Notes: generated by a model from the letters alone, not told the origin. Counted from the stretch's first letter, positions 33,431 to 43,529 are shown. The stretch is DNA of 64,000 nucleotides from Candidatus Omnitrophota bacterium (GCA_013285735.1 JABDGZ010000004.1:999-64998), one strand, 5' to 3'. Made by a program: numbers and translations.

Positions 33431-33717
33431 TTTACCAATGCTTCTTTCTCTTTTCTGGTAAGCCTTTTGATCAATCTTTCTTGGGCTTGCGCTTCTTGAA
33501 CGGTTAAGAATTTCTTTTTATACACCAACTTAACCGGCCCTTTGCCCCTCAGGTATTTGGCACCAGTACCGTTGTTGTGAGCGGTAATCCTCTTTTTTAT
33601 ATCATTGGTCCAACCAGCATAATAAGTACCATACTTACACTGTACCATATACGCCCAATACGTGCTACGTGAGACAATCTTAGTCATTCTCCAAATCCAA
33701 TTGTTTGGCATCTTCAA
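33427..33717 (-). CDS. GIY-YIG nuclease family protein (UPF0213)
   Basis: 96 aa with YMVQCKYGTYYAGWTNDIKKRITAHN, a GIY-YIG core. Confidence 0.7.
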   Translation of the reverse strand: MKMPNNWIWRMTKIVSRSTYWAYMVQCKYGTYYAGWTNDIKKRITAHNNGTGAKYLRGKGPVKLVYKKKFLTVQEAQAQERLIKRLTRKEKEALVK

Positions 33718-34426
33718 TCAGCATGGTCTGCGGATTTTGCACATAAACGATGACCGATGCCTGTGTGACGTCAACAATTTTGTGCAATGGAATTGTTACC
33801 TGAGAAACAGCTGATGTTAAAGGCATGGTCCGAAATTCTTTAACTACATTGTCATGGCGAAGCGTACGGCCGGCATTTTCACCCGCTGTTACCTCCGTGC
33901 TTAACCCGCGTTCTACCAAGGCAATATTAACGACATCGCCATTTGAAAATCCTTCCGCATCATATTTAACAGTGATTTGACCCTCTTGTTTTGTAAGGCT
34001 AATATGCAAAACAAGAGAGGCTGGTATGGACAGCTCCTGATTCAGGTCTTTTTGTAATTGCTCCTGATTAGAGCCAATGAAAGCATCACTGCCATTAACG
34101 ATCATCTGGGGCGTATACACACCCTGATCTTTAAAGATCTGAGCATAGGTGTTTTGCCTTTGCGTAAATTCTGCCCGGCTAAAAACATCCCGCCACCCTA
34201 AATTATTCCAATAATCCACATGAAAAACCAAGGGATAAACAGGCTCATTATTTTGTCTGGCCCAAGCTGTTAATTTCCTGATAAGAAGATCAGCAGAAGG
34301 ACAACTAGAGCATCCCTCTGAACTAAAGAGTTCGACAACAGCAAAGGGCTTATCCTGAGATGAGTCAGCTAATACCACTGACGAGAACCCTGCCAAAACC
34401 ACGACCATGAATAAAAAATATTTCAT
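33680..34426 (-). CDS. DUF1223 family secreted protein
   Basis: Signal peptide, then VELFSSEGCSSCPSAD, the hallmark motif of DUF1223. Confidence 0.7.
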   Translation of the reverse strand: MKYFLFMVVVLAGFSSVVLADSSQDKPFAVVELFSSEGCSSCPSADLLIRKLTAWARQNNEPVYPLVFHVDYWNNLGWRDVFSRAEFTQRQNTYAQIFKDQGVYTPQMIVNGSDAFIGSNQEQLQKDLNQELSIPASLVLHISLTKQEGQITVKYDAEGFSNGDVVNIALVERGLSTEVTAGENAGRTLRHDNVVKEFRTMPLTSAVSQVTIPLHKIVDVTQASVIVYVQNPQTMLIEDAKQLDLEND

Positions 34427-35712
34427 TAAGTTACCAATTCTCCTACCACCACCTGACCGTCAATACTCTTAAAACGTACAGGCAGGATTTCGTTAAATAA
34501 ATTCCGTGAATCTTTAATTTTAACACGCACATAATGATCCGTCAGGCCATTCTGCCATCCATCACCTTTAGGATTCTCAAATAAAACAGTTTGAATGGTC
34601 CCAAGCAATGATTCCTGAAATAGACGACGTTTACGCTGGCTTAAATCACGCAAAATTTGACTGCGCCATTGGATCATCTCTACAGGCAGGGTTTCCATCA
34701 AACGACTTTTGGCCATATGCCGCGGTGAATAACTAAACACATGAAAATAATGGATAGGTAATTCTCTTAGGAGTTCTGTAGTCCTCTCAAAATGCGCGTC
34801 AGTCTCACCGGGAAATCCAACGATCACATCAGTCCCAATGCATATTTGCGGCACCTGCACCTGGGCCTGACGGACAAAATCGCTGAATTCATCAACGGTA
34901 TATTTGCGCTTCATTTCTTGTAAAATTTCATCATCACCACTTTGTAAAGGAATATGCAGATAACGGCAAAGCTTATGCCCAGCACTCATGTAAGTAAATA
35001 TATCTCTCGCAATGGTCGTGGGTTCAATCGATGAAATACGCACCCGCTCCAATCCTTCCAGAGCATTCATGGCCTTGATAACATCCATGAGCGTTTTATC
35101 CTGATAAGAATAGGTGCCGATATTAATACCAGTTAATATCAACTCTTTATGACCAGCAGCGACAAGCGCTGTGGCTTCTTTAAAAATATCTTCAAACACC
35201 CGGCTGCGGGCCCGGCCGCGGGCATAAGGGATTTCACAAAATGAACAGAAAAAATCACAACCATCCTGGATTTTTATATTGGCCCGTGTATGGTCGTGAT
35301 CAATAGAAGCTATCTGCACACTAAATGGTTCACGTTCAATACTTGGCATCACCAGTTGCGCTGTCTCTGGCTTAGGGTATTCATTAAACACGGACACTAA
35401 ATCCATTTTGCGGCCATTACCAACGATCCAACGGACATTAGGCAGATTAGACAATTGCTCTTTTTGTATTTGCGCCTGACAACCAACTAAGGCAATACGC
35501 GCTGCAGGATTTTGCCGATTGACCTTATGCACCAAATGACGGGTATCTGCATCACCGCCTTCGGTCACGGTACAGGTATTGATGACCACTATATCCGAAG
35601 GCTGATCAAAACCCACTAGCTTGTAACCACTATGCTCGAAAGCATTCTGGATAGAAGCTGTTTCCGACTGGTTTAAGCGACAACCAAATGTATAAAAAGA
35701 TATTCGTTTCAT
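34426..35712 (-). CDS. radical-SAM methylthiotransferase (MtaB/RimO/MiaB family)
   Basis: UPF0004 N-domain (MKRISFYTFGCRLNQ) and radical SAM CDFFCSFC. I prefer the Met at 35712. The upstream ATG at 35730 lies inside the REP element. Confidence 0.8.
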   Translation of the reverse strand: MKRISFYTFGCRLNQSETASIQNAFEHSGYKLVGFDQPSDIVVINTCTVTEGGDADTRHLVHKVNRQNPAARIALVGCQAQIQKEQLSNLPNVRWIVGNGRKMDLVSVFNEYPKPETAQLVMPSIEREPFSVQIASIDHDHTRANIKIQDGCDFFCSFCEIPYARGRARSRVFEDIFKEATALVAAGHKELILTGINIGTYSYQDKTLMDVIKAMNALEGLERVRISSIEPTTIARDIFTYMSAGHKLCRYLHIPLQSGDDEILQEMKRKYTVDEFSDFVRQAQVQVPQICIGTDVIVGFPGETDAHFERTTELLRELPIHYFHVFSYSPRHMAKSRLMETLPVEMIQWRSQILRDLSQRKRRLFQESLLGTIQTVLFENPKGDGWQNGLTDHYVRVKIKDSRNLFNEILPVRFKSIDGQVVVGELVT

Positions 35713-35724
35713 AATTATGTGCTT

Positions 35725-35750
35725 TGTCATTCCCGCGAAAGCGGGAATCC
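35725..35750. repeat. REP-like palindromic element copy (inverted orientation) overlapping the 3' end of CDS 35727..37043
   Basis: TGTCATTCCCGCGAAAGCGGGAATCC. It encodes the last residues (..FPLSRE) and the TGA stop of the upstream ORF. Confidence 0.8.
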
Positions 35751-37043
35751 ATTATCTTTCAACCAAAGTATTGCTTGACCTATCCCTTTACAAGTCATTT
35801 TAACACGTAAATCAAAATGCTTACTCCCAGATGCACCTTTTTTAACATAACCTTCAATTAGACCAGCATTATCTGCAGCTTTAGGTTTATCAATCATTTC
35901 TTCCACATCAACAAGAAGAGCATTTTCAATGTTCATTTCATGCCGCTGAAAACTACCATCTTGTTGTCTGGCAGATAACAAAATCTTAACACCTCGCAAC
36001 AATGGAAAAGCGACTGTTCCTTCAATGCCATTACGCACAATGATAATCCCCTTAAAACCAACCCGCTCGGCAATGGTCATCATTTTTTCACCATAGGGCG
36101 GATGAAATGCAGAAGCGATCAAAATATCCGCTTTAAGCGGATTGATAAATCTTTCAAGGGTGGCTAAGAATGGACGCTTGATCGTTTGATGCCGCAGATC
36201 CACCCAGCGATCTAAAGATGAAGACATCACAGACTGATGAAAAAGCCAGCCAAAACCAGGCTTATCCGACGATAAATCTGCATTGCCCTTGGCAGCCTTC
36301 TGCCCTAAACCTTGAGCAATATCCCATAAATTCATATATGATTTAGGTCCACTGTTACGCCCCACCTGATGCACCACGCGATAACCCTGTGCCTGCAAAT
36401 TAGCCCCCAGCAAAGGTGTTATCATATAGGAATGATCCACCCCATCAAAAGGCTCGGCGATTTGGATAATGGGTTCACCTGGAGGAGTTGGTGTTTTAAA
36501 AGCGGCCCCAAGGGTATCCTCCATCGCCTGCAACAGACCTTCATATTCGTCGTCAGTTTCATAACGCACCCGCAAGAAACTTGCCATCCATCCTCGGGCC
36601 GCGTCACCCTTCTCATCAGAAAACAAAAATTTTCCCAAATCATACGCCGTAGGCTTATCAAGCGTGTGACCTGCTAATAGTTGTTGGCCTATCCATTGAA
36701 CAAATGGCGGTGCATCAGCGGTAATAGCATTGAGTAATTTAGAAGGTTCTTTCAAAATGCCTGGAGCAAAGGCCTGTTCCAGGATTTCTTCATCGGGTTC
36801 TATGCCTTTGGCACAAAGGCCTGCAAAAAAAGCTCCCTTGGCAGCATCGGAGACCTTTCCTGACTTTAAATCATTCACAATTTCTAATGCGAGTTGGGGC
36901 GTCAGCGATTTACTGCCTTTTTTTCCGATGCCGACAGTCTTGATGCCACGGTTAATGGCAGCTTCGTTGGGGTCTAAAACAATGGCCATAAGACCCTCAT
37001 CATAAAACAGCTTTGCCTGGCAAGCAAGGCAATAAAAAGGCAT
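35727..37043 (-). CDS. conserved hypothetical protein, 438 aa
   Basis: Long ORF. No family that I can confirm. Confidence 0.5.
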   Translation of the reverse strand: MPFYCLACQAKLFYDEGLMAIVLDPNEAAINRGIKTVGIGKKGSKSLTPQLALEIVNDLKSGKVSDAAKGAFFAGLCAKGIEPDEEILEQAFAPGILKEPSKLLNAITADAPPFVQWIGQQLLAGHTLDKPTAYDLGKFLFSDEKGDAARGWMASFLRVRYETDDEYEGLLQAMEDTLGAAFKTPTPPGEPIIQIAEPFDGVDHSYMITPLLGANLQAQGYRVVHQVGRNSGPKSYMNLWDIAQGLGQKAAKGNADLSSDKPGFGWLFHQSVMSSSLDRWVDLRHQTIKRPFLATLERFINPLKADILIASAFHPPYGEKMMTIAERVGFKGIIIVRNGIEGTVAFPLLRGVKILLSARQQDGSFQRHEMNIENALLVDVEEMIDKPKAADNAGLIEGYVKKGASGSKHFDLRVKMTCKGIGQAILWLKDNGFPLSRE

Positions 37044-37081
37044 ATTTGCATCTTGAAGTAATTCCGGTATAATGGGCGCTT

Positions 37082-38056
37082 ATGAAAATCGGATCGGTTG
37101 ATATAGAAAAGCCACTTTGCTTAGCACCCATGGAAGACGTCACGGAACTGCCTTTTCGTTTGATTTGTAAACGTCTAGGGGCTGATATCGTGTATACGGA
37201 ATTTACATCTTCCGAAGGTATTATCCGTGATATTCCACGTATCATGGAGAAAATCCAAATATCTGAGGATGAACGTCCTGTTTCTATCCAAATTTTTGGA
37301 GGCAGGCCCGAAGCCATGGCTGGTGCTGCTGAGGTTATTGAAAAATTAAAGCCAGACTTTATTGATGTCAATTGCGGCTGCTGGGTCAAAAATCATGTGG
37401 CCCGCAATGAAGGTGCCGGACTTTTACGCGACCTTCCCTTATTTGAAAAAATCGTCAAAGCGACCGTCAAAGGCACTAAATTACCTGTGACCGTCAAAAC
37501 CCGCCTGGGCTGGGATGATCAAAGCATTGTGATATTGGACGTTGCTAAAATGGTTGAAGCGGCCGGTGCCAAAGCCTTGACCCTACACTGCCGTACGCGT
37601 TCGCAAGCGCACAGCGGCTTTGCGGATTGGTCGTGGCTTGAAAAAATTAAAAAGACAATCAGCATACCTGTCATCGGCAATGGAGATATCACCTGCCCTG
37701 AAGATGTCAAAGCGATGTTAGAAACAGACTGCGACGGGGTCATGATCGGACGCGGCGCCATTGCCAATCCCTGGATATTTAGAGAAACCAAACATTATCT
37801 TAGGACTGGCGAGCATATGCCAGAACCAAGCATCGAAGAAAAAATCAACACTTGTATTGATCATTTAAATTTAAATGTGCAATATAAAGGCGAAGAATAC
37901 GGAGTAAAAACCTTCCGTAAACATTATGTCGGATATCTAAAAGGATTACCCAACATTGCTCCAGTCAGAAGTGAATTGATGCAGATGGTGATGATGGAAC
38001 CTGTGATTGAACGATTACAAAAATATTTGAATGAAAGTGTCTGTGAAAAAATTTGA
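37082..38056 (+). CDS. dus: tRNA-dihydrouridine synthase
   Basis: LAPMEDVTELPFR FMN-binding N-terminus. 324 aa. Confidence 0.85.
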   Translation: MKIGSVDIEKPLCLAPMEDVTELPFRLICKRLGADIVYTEFTSSEGIIRDIPRIMEKIQISEDERPVSIQIFGGRPEAMAGAAEVIEKLKPDFIDVNCGCWVKNHVARNEGAGLLRDLPLFEKIVKATVKGTKLPVTVKTRLGWDDQSIVILDVAKMVEAAGAKALTLHCRTRSQAHSGFADWSWLEKIKKTISIPVIGNGDITCPEDVKAMLETDCDGVMIGRGAIANPWIFRETKHYLRTGEHMPEPSIEEKINTCIDHLNLNVQYKGEEYGVKTFRKHYVGYLKGLPNIAPVRSELMQMVMMEPVIERLQKYLNESVCEKI

Positions 38057-39434
38057 TTGTATAACGATTGGTTCTGGCGGCGGAGCTAAAATCTCATCCC
38101 CTGCAGCTTCCATGGGGCTTAAGGTTGCTGTCATTGAAAAAGACAGCTTAGGGGGCACCTGTCTCAACCGTGGCTGTATCCCTTCCAAGATGCTCATTCA
38201 TCCAGCGGACGTGGCCATTGAAATCAAAGAAGCGCATCGTTTTGATATCCATAATAATCCTCAGTTCAGCGTCGATTTTAAAAAACTCGTTGAACGTATT
38301 TCTTCAACAGTTGATAGCGATTCAAATAAAATCGTAACAAGTTATAGCAATCATCCTAATATAACCCTTTATCGCGGTACTGCTAAATTTATCGAGAACA
38401 AGATTATTGAAATCAATGGCGAACAGATCACGGCGGATAAAATATTCATTGCTGTAGGTACACGTCCCACCATCCCTAATATTCCAGGGTTAGCCGGCAC
38501 ACCATACATGACATCCACCGAAGCTTTGCGTAATACCACCTTGCCCTCATCAATGATTATCATCGGTGGTGGATACATTGGTTGTGAATTGGGACATGCT
38601 TACGGAGCCTTAGGCACTAAAACCACCTTTTTAGTGCGCTCAAAACTCTTGCGCTCCCAAGACACAGAAATCGCAGAAGAATTTCAAAAAGTTTTTAGCC
38701 GTTATCATGACGTGCGTCTGGGCTCAGTCCCAACAAAGGTTGAATACAACAATAATACCTTTACCGTGCATTATACTCAGGATACAAAAAACTCTTCTGT
38801 TAGTGCAGAAACCCTGCTTATAGCCACCGGAATAAGCTCTAATGTGGATACGCTTGACCTGATCAATACGGACATTGAAATACAATCAGGCAACTTCATT
38901 AAAGTTAATGAATATTTAGAAACGAGCGTTGCTGACGTATATTCTTTAGGTGACTGTATCGGAAAATATTTCTTCCGTCACAGCGTTAATTTTGAAGGCG
39001 AATATCTTTTTGATTATGTGTTTGGTGGAAAAACCCAAACACCCATCCATTATCCCCCTATGCCCCACGCGGTTTTCACCCATCCGCAAGTAGCAGGTGT
39101 AGGCGCGAGTGAAGATGAATTAAAAAATCAAAAAATCGATTATGTCGTTGGACTTAACCCTTACAAAAGCTCAGCCATGGGCATGGCTTTACTGTCTGAT
39201 CATGGTTTCTGTAAAATTTTAGTTGATCGTAAAACCCGTAAAATATTAGGCGGCCATATCATAGGGCCTGAAGCTTCTGATATGATCCACATGATCATTG
39301 CCTACATGAACATGAACGCCACCCTTGATGATATGCTGCGAACGATTTATATTCACCCGGCTTTACCAGAAATTGTTCGTAACGCCGCCAGAAAAGCAAA
39401 AACTGCTTTAGATAAAAACCTTGTCAGGGTATAA
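38031..39434 (+). CDS. class I pyridine nucleotide-disulfide oxidoreductase (dihydrolipoyl dehydrogenase / glutathione reductase family)
   Basis: ITIGSGGGA FAD site, GGTCLNRGCIPSK redox disulfide and a C-terminal dimerisation His (IHPALPE). Confidence 0.75.
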   Translation: MKVSVKKFDCITIGSGGGAKISSPAASMGLKVAVIEKDSLGGTCLNRGCIPSKMLIHPADVAIEIKEAHRFDIHNNPQFSVDFKKLVERISSTVDSDSNKIVTSYSNHPNITLYRGTAKFIENKIIEINGEQITADKIFIAVGTRPTIPNIPGLAGTPYMTSTEALRNTTLPSSMIIIGGGYIGCELGHAYGALGTKTTFLVRSKLLRSQDTEIAEEFQKVFSRYHDVRLGSVPTKVEYNNNTFTVHYTQDTKNSSVSAETLLIATGISSNVDTLDLINTDIEIQSGNFIKVNEYLETSVADVYSLGDCIGKYFFRHSVNFEGEYLFDYVFGGKTQTPIHYPPMPHAVFTHPQVAGVGASEDELKNQKIDYVVGLNPYKSSAMGMALLSDHGFCKILVDRKTRKILGGHIIGPEASDMIHMIIAYMNMNATLDDMLRTIYIHPALPEIVRNAARKAKTALDKNLVRV

Positions 39435-39443
39435 TGACATCAT

Positions 39444-40172
39444 ATGCGCAATTCAGAACTCGCCATATCCATCAAAGGCCTCACCAAATTCTATAAAGAT
39501 TTTCAAGCATTGGATAAAATCTCATTCGAAATCAAACGCGGAGATTTTTTTGCTTTTTTAGGACCTAACGGAGCTGGAAAGACTACCACGATTAATGTCC
39601 TAACAGGACTTTCTAATTATCAAAGCGGTGATGTGCGGGTTTTTGGTCATGATGTCACTTCGGAATATCTCAGCAGCCGCCGGCTTATCGGCCTTTGCGC
39701 CCAAGAGTCTAACTTTGATCCCTTTCTGACCATCTATCAACTATTAGTTTATCAAGCAGAATATTTTGGCGTCACCCCTTGGGAAGCCAAACGCCGCGCT
39801 AATGAATTGCTTGAACGCTTTGGGCTCGCTGACAAGCGTAATTGCAAGCACCGCGCCCTTTCCGGCGGTATGAAAAAACGATTATTGCTCTGCCGCGCTC
39901 TTATCCACGACCCGGAAATTCTCATCCTGGATGAACCTACTTCCGGATGTGACCTGGAATTAAAATTCCTGATTTGGGATTACTTAACCCAGCTTAATAA
40001 AGAAGGTAAAACCATTTTTCTCACCACCCATTATATGGAAGAAGCAGAAAAACTCTGCAAGACCATCGGTATTATCAACAACGGCAAAATCGTCCGTATC
40101 GGCGATAAAAAACAAATTTTGCAGGATAAATCCTTACAAGACGTATTTCTTGAAATAACCGGAATTGAATAA
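39444..40172 (+). CDS. ABC transporter ATP-binding protein
   Basis: Walker A GPNGAGKTT, signature LSGGMKKR, Walker B ILILDEP. Confidence 0.9.
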   Translation: MRNSELAISIKGLTKFYKDFQALDKISFEIKRGDFFAFLGPNGAGKTTTINVLTGLSNYQSGDVRVFGHDVTSEYLSSRRLIGLCAQESNFDPFLTIYQLLVYQAEYFGVTPWEAKRRANELLERFGLADKRNCKHRALSGGMKKRLLLCRALIHDPEILILDEPTSGCDLELKFLIWDYLTQLNKEGKTIFLTTHYMEEAEKLCKTIGIINNGKIVRIGDKKQILQDKSLQDVFLEITGIE

Positions 40173-40180
40173 AAATCAAA

Positions 40181-40207
40181 GGGGACACTTTAAAGTGTCC
40201 CCTTTTT
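40181..40207 (+). terminator. intrinsic terminator, copy B of the duplicated hairpin: GGGGACACTTTAAAGTGTCCCC plus TTTTT
   Basis: Identical 22-bp palindrome to 26444..26465, 9 nt after the ABC ATPase stop. Confidence 0.75.
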
Positions 40208-40213
40208 CAGCAT

Positions 40214-40993
40214 ATGCTACATTTAGTCACTAACCCTATAGGTGTTCTCGCCCTTGCTAAACGGGAAATACACCGTTTCTTTTCGGTGGCTAATCAAACT
40301 ATTTTTCCGCCGCTAGTGTCTTCTGCTCTTTTTATGTATATTTTTGGTGTGGCGATCGGAAGCCGTGTGAATTTCTCTGCCACAGGATTGACCTATTTGC
40401 AATTCATCACACCTGGGCTTATGGCCATGCATTTGATTTCCAGTTCTTACGAAAACACTTCATCATCCCTGTTTATAGGCCGCTGGCACAATCATATCCA
40501 GGAAATCCTGTTAGCACCCCTTTCTTATATTGAAATGGTTTTAGGCCTGCTTGCCGGAGGCGTTGCCCGCGGTATTCTTGTCTGTATGGGGGTTTGGCTG
40601 ATCTCATTATTCTTTACCCCTAGTATCATTGCACACCCCATCGCCTTACTTTATTTTATGCTGATGGTCTCAGTAATATTTTCCTGTGCAGGGATGATGG
40701 GTGCTTTGTGGGCTGAAGATTTTGGCATGCTCTCGATGTGGAATACCTACGTCATCATACCTCTGGCTTTGCTGGGTGGAGTCTTTCACCCCTTGTTCAT
40801 GCTGCCGCCTGCTTTACAAATCATCTCCCATTTTAATCCTATCTATTATCTGGTTTCCGGCATTCGCTACAGCATGACCAATGTTACCGACACGCCGGCC
40901 ATGACCTGTGCCATCGTTGCTCTGGGGATGGCAGGGACTATTTTCCTGGCAACGGTTTATTTGTTTAAAATTGGATATAAACTTAGGACGTAA
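40214..40993 (+). CDS. ABC-2 type transporter permease
   Basis: 259 aa with six predicted TM helices. It follows the ATPase. Confidence 0.75.
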   Translation: MLHLVTNPIGVLALAKREIHRFFSVANQTIFPPLVSSALFMYIFGVAIGSRVNFSATGLTYLQFITPGLMAMHLISSSYENTSSSLFIGRWHNHIQEILLAPLSYIEMVLGLLAGGVARGILVCMGVWLISLFFTPSIIAHPIALLYFMLMVSVIFSCAGMMGALWAEDFGMLSMWNTYVIIPLALLGGVFHPLFMLPPALQIISHFNPIYYLVSGIRYSMTNVTDTPAMTCAIVALGMAGTIFLATVYLFKIGYKLRT

Positions 40994-40995
40994 CT

Positions 40996-41247
40996 CTAAA
41001 TTGAAGATTTAGTTGTTATGGCCAAAGCATGGATGAATGATTTAATAGACTCAAGGGCTTTATAAATCATACGATGGCTTTCTAATAATTTCTTGCCTTC
41101 AAAATCCTTTGACACAATCGTGACTCGATAATGCCCGCCTTGGGACGCTCCTGCATGCCCGGTGTGTTTATGACTCTCATCAATGACCTCAAGAAAATCT
41201 GGCGTAAAAACTTCAGTAAGGATATGTTCAATCTTTGCTTTAATCAT
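40996..41247 (-). CDS. BolA family protein
   Basis: 83 aa with HKHTGHAGASQGGHYRVTIVSKDFEGKKLLESHRMIY, a BolA fold signature. Confidence 0.75.
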   Translation of the reverse strand: MIKAKIEHILTEVFTPDFLEVIDESHKHTGHAGASQGGHYRVTIVSKDFEGKKLLESHRMIYKALESIKSFIHALAITTKSSI

Positions 41248-41263
41248 ATTTTAGTATTATACT

Positions 41264-42574
41264 ATGTTTTCTATGAAACTTACGGTTAATCAAAATTTCT
41301 CGCAAGCGATCTGTGTTCCCTGCATCCAGCGCCAGCAGGCTGAAATCAATCAATGGCTCTTATCCCATGAAAAGGTATATACTCCCTTTTATACATCGGT
41401 TGATATCCGTGATGCCGGCTTTAAAATCGCCGTCGTTGATACCAATCTTTTTCCCGCGGGTTTTAATAATCTTTGCGAACATGGTTTAGCTGATGCAGAG
41501 CTTTTCGTTAAAAAAGCTATTCTTTCACGCGTGCCTAATGCCTCCAATATTTTAATCGTTGCCGAAGAACATACACGCAACACCTGGTATCTGGAAAATG
41601 TCCGCATCCTGCAAGAAATTATCACCAAAGCCGGATTTAATAACAAAATTGCTACTTTTTTTTCCCACGACACAAGTTTGTGCGAATTAGGTTCCGGCGC
41701 TGTTGAATTAGAAACGGCTACCGGCCAAACAGTAAAAGTCTATTGCTTCAAACGCGTCCTGGAGAAAATTCGACAGAATGACGCGGATTTTGACCTTATC
41801 ATTATGAACAATGATCTCTCTGCTGGAATCCCGGAAGAATTAAAACAGATCCAAATCCCGATTGTTCCATCAATCCATGCAGGCTGGCATGCACGGCTTA
41901 AGTCTGAACACTTCCGCCACGCCAATGCCCTGATGAAAGAATTCGCCTATATCGTTGGTCTCGACCCCTGGCAATTTTCCTGCCTGTATGAAGTCGTTGA
42001 ACATGTGGATGTTAATAACGAATCTGATCAGCAACGCCTATATGCAGCAGCGGTCAAACTCTTTGAAGAGATCCAAAACAAATACCGTGAACATAATGTT
42101 GATAGTAAACCTTTCATTTTTATCAAATCTGATTCCGGAACCTACGGCATGGGTGTTGTTCCCATCGAAAGTCCAGAGCAAATCCTGGAATTAAACCGTA
42201 AAAAACGCAATGATCTTTTACGCGGCAAAGACGCGCAAACCATCACGCATTTTCTTCTACAGGAAGGTGTACCTACCATCCATCGTCTTGAGGAAAACCC
42301 CTGCGAGGTATGTTTGTATCAAATTGACAATAATTTCGTCGGTGGATTTTATCGGTATCACACCAACAAAAGTTCACGTGAAAATCTTAATTCTCCTGGA
42401 GGCATGACCTTCCAAAAAATGTGCCCGCATTTGGACAAATACGGTAAAGACTGCGGCACTGAACACAATTTGAATATTTTTTCTATTTACCGTATCCTGG
42501 GACGTATTGCGGGTGCAGCTGCTGGAAAAGAAATTATGGAATTGGATTCCCGCTTTCGCGGGAATGACAAGTAG
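41264..42574 (+). CDS. gshA: putative glutamate-cysteine ligase (proteobacterial GshA-type, PF08886-like). Its stop codon is supplied by a REP element.
   Basis: 436 aa directly upstream of gshB. I infer the family from gene context and size, not from a motif I can verify. Confidence 0.5.
   Translation: MFSMKLTVNQNFSQAICVPCIQRQQAEINQWLLSHEKVYTPFYTSVDIRDAGFKIAVVDTNLFPAGFNNLCEHGLADAELFVKKAILSRVPNASNILIVAEEHTRNTWYLENVRILQEIITKAGFNNKIATFFSHDTSLCELGSGAVELETATGQTVKVYCFKRVLEKIRQNDADFDLIIMNNDLSAGIPEELKQIQIPIVPSIHAGWHARLKSEHFRHANALMKEFAYIVGLDPWQFSCLYEVVEHVDVNNESDQQRLYAAAVKLFEEIQNKYREHNVDSKPFIFIKSDSGTYGMGVVPIESPEQILELNRKKRNDLLRGKDAQTITHFLLQEGVPTIHRLEENPCEVCLYQIDNNFVGGFYRYHTNKSSRENLNSPGGMTFQKMCPHLDKYGKDCGTEHNLNIFSIYRILGRIAGAAAGKEIMELDSRFRGNDK
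42544..42569. repeat. REP-like palindromic element copy overlapping the 3' end of the gshA-like CDS
   Basis: GGATTCCCGCTTTCGCGGGAATGACA encodes ..DSRFRGNDK plus TAG. Confidence 0.8.
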
Positions 42575-42593
42575 TAGAATATAAAGGACAACT

Positions 42594-43529
42594 ATGAAAT
42601 TCTTATTTTTGATGGATCCTCTGGAAACAGTCATTTACGAAAAAGACACCACCTTCATGTTGATGTTAGGGGCACATACCCGAGGGCATGAAGTCTATTT
42701 TCTTCCTGAAGACGGTATTAGCCTCATCGAAGGAAAAGTATATTTTCACGCCATCAAGGTCATTCCCCAAGCCATCGCTCATATGCCGTTTAAAGAAGAA
42801 AACACCGCGCATTTAAACCAGGATGATATTCACGCCGTCTTCGTCCGCCCTGACCCACCGGTGGATGAACAATATTTAATGAACACCTTACTTTTGGACC
42901 ATTTACCCAAACATATTGCAGTCATTAATAGCCCTTCAGGCATACGTACTGTTAATGAAAAAGTATGGGTCAACCAATTCAAAAATATCACGCCCCCTAC
43001 CATCATTTCTGCTAACAAAGGGGATTTATTAGATTTCATTGCCCGACATAAAAATGTTATCGCCAAGCCCACCAATGGGTTTGGGGGCAAAAGTGTATTC
43101 CATATTAAAAAAGAATGCACCAACACCAAGGTTATCCTGGAAACTCTAACCGAAAGTTATAACAGGGCCATTGTGGTCCAAAAATATATTCCTGAATCTA
43201 AAAATGGTGATAAACGCATCCTGCTTTTAAACGGGAACATCCTCGGAGCTGTGCTGCGCGTGCACGAAGAAGGTGAACATCGCAATAATTTCTATGCCGG
43301 CGGAAAACCCATGCCTACTATTATCACTACCAATGATAAAAAAATCATCGCTCTTCTCAAACCTCATCTGCAAAAGCTTGGCCTTTATTTCGTAGGGATC
43401 GATATCCTGGGAGATTATTTAATCGAAGTCAATGTTACCTCGCCAACCTGCCTTCAGGAAATGAACCGCTTGTACAATGTACAACTGGAAGAAAAAGTCA
43501 TTGCTTTTGTAGAAAAAATGATAAAATAA
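42594..43529 (+). CDS. gshB: glutathione synthetase (prokaryotic ATP-grasp GshB)
   Basis: Colinear with E. coli GshB: MDPLETV..., IAKPTNGFGG, ILETLTE, GDKRILLLNG and FVGIDILGDYLIEVNVTSPTC. Confidence 0.9.
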   Translation: MKFLFLMDPLETVIYEKDTTFMLMLGAHTRGHEVYFLPEDGISLIEGKVYFHAIKVIPQAIAHMPFKEENTAHLNQDDIHAVFVRPDPPVDEQYLMNTLLLDHLPKHIAVINSPSGIRTVNEKVWVNQFKNITPPTIISANKGDLLDFIARHKNVIAKPTNGFGGKSVFHIKKECTNTKVILETLTESYNRAIVVQKYIPESKNGDKRILLLNGNILGAVLRVHEEGEHRNNFYAGGKPMPTIITTNDKKIIALLKPHLQKLGLYFVGIDILGDYLIEVNVTSPTCLQEMNRLYNVQLEEKVIAFVEKMIK

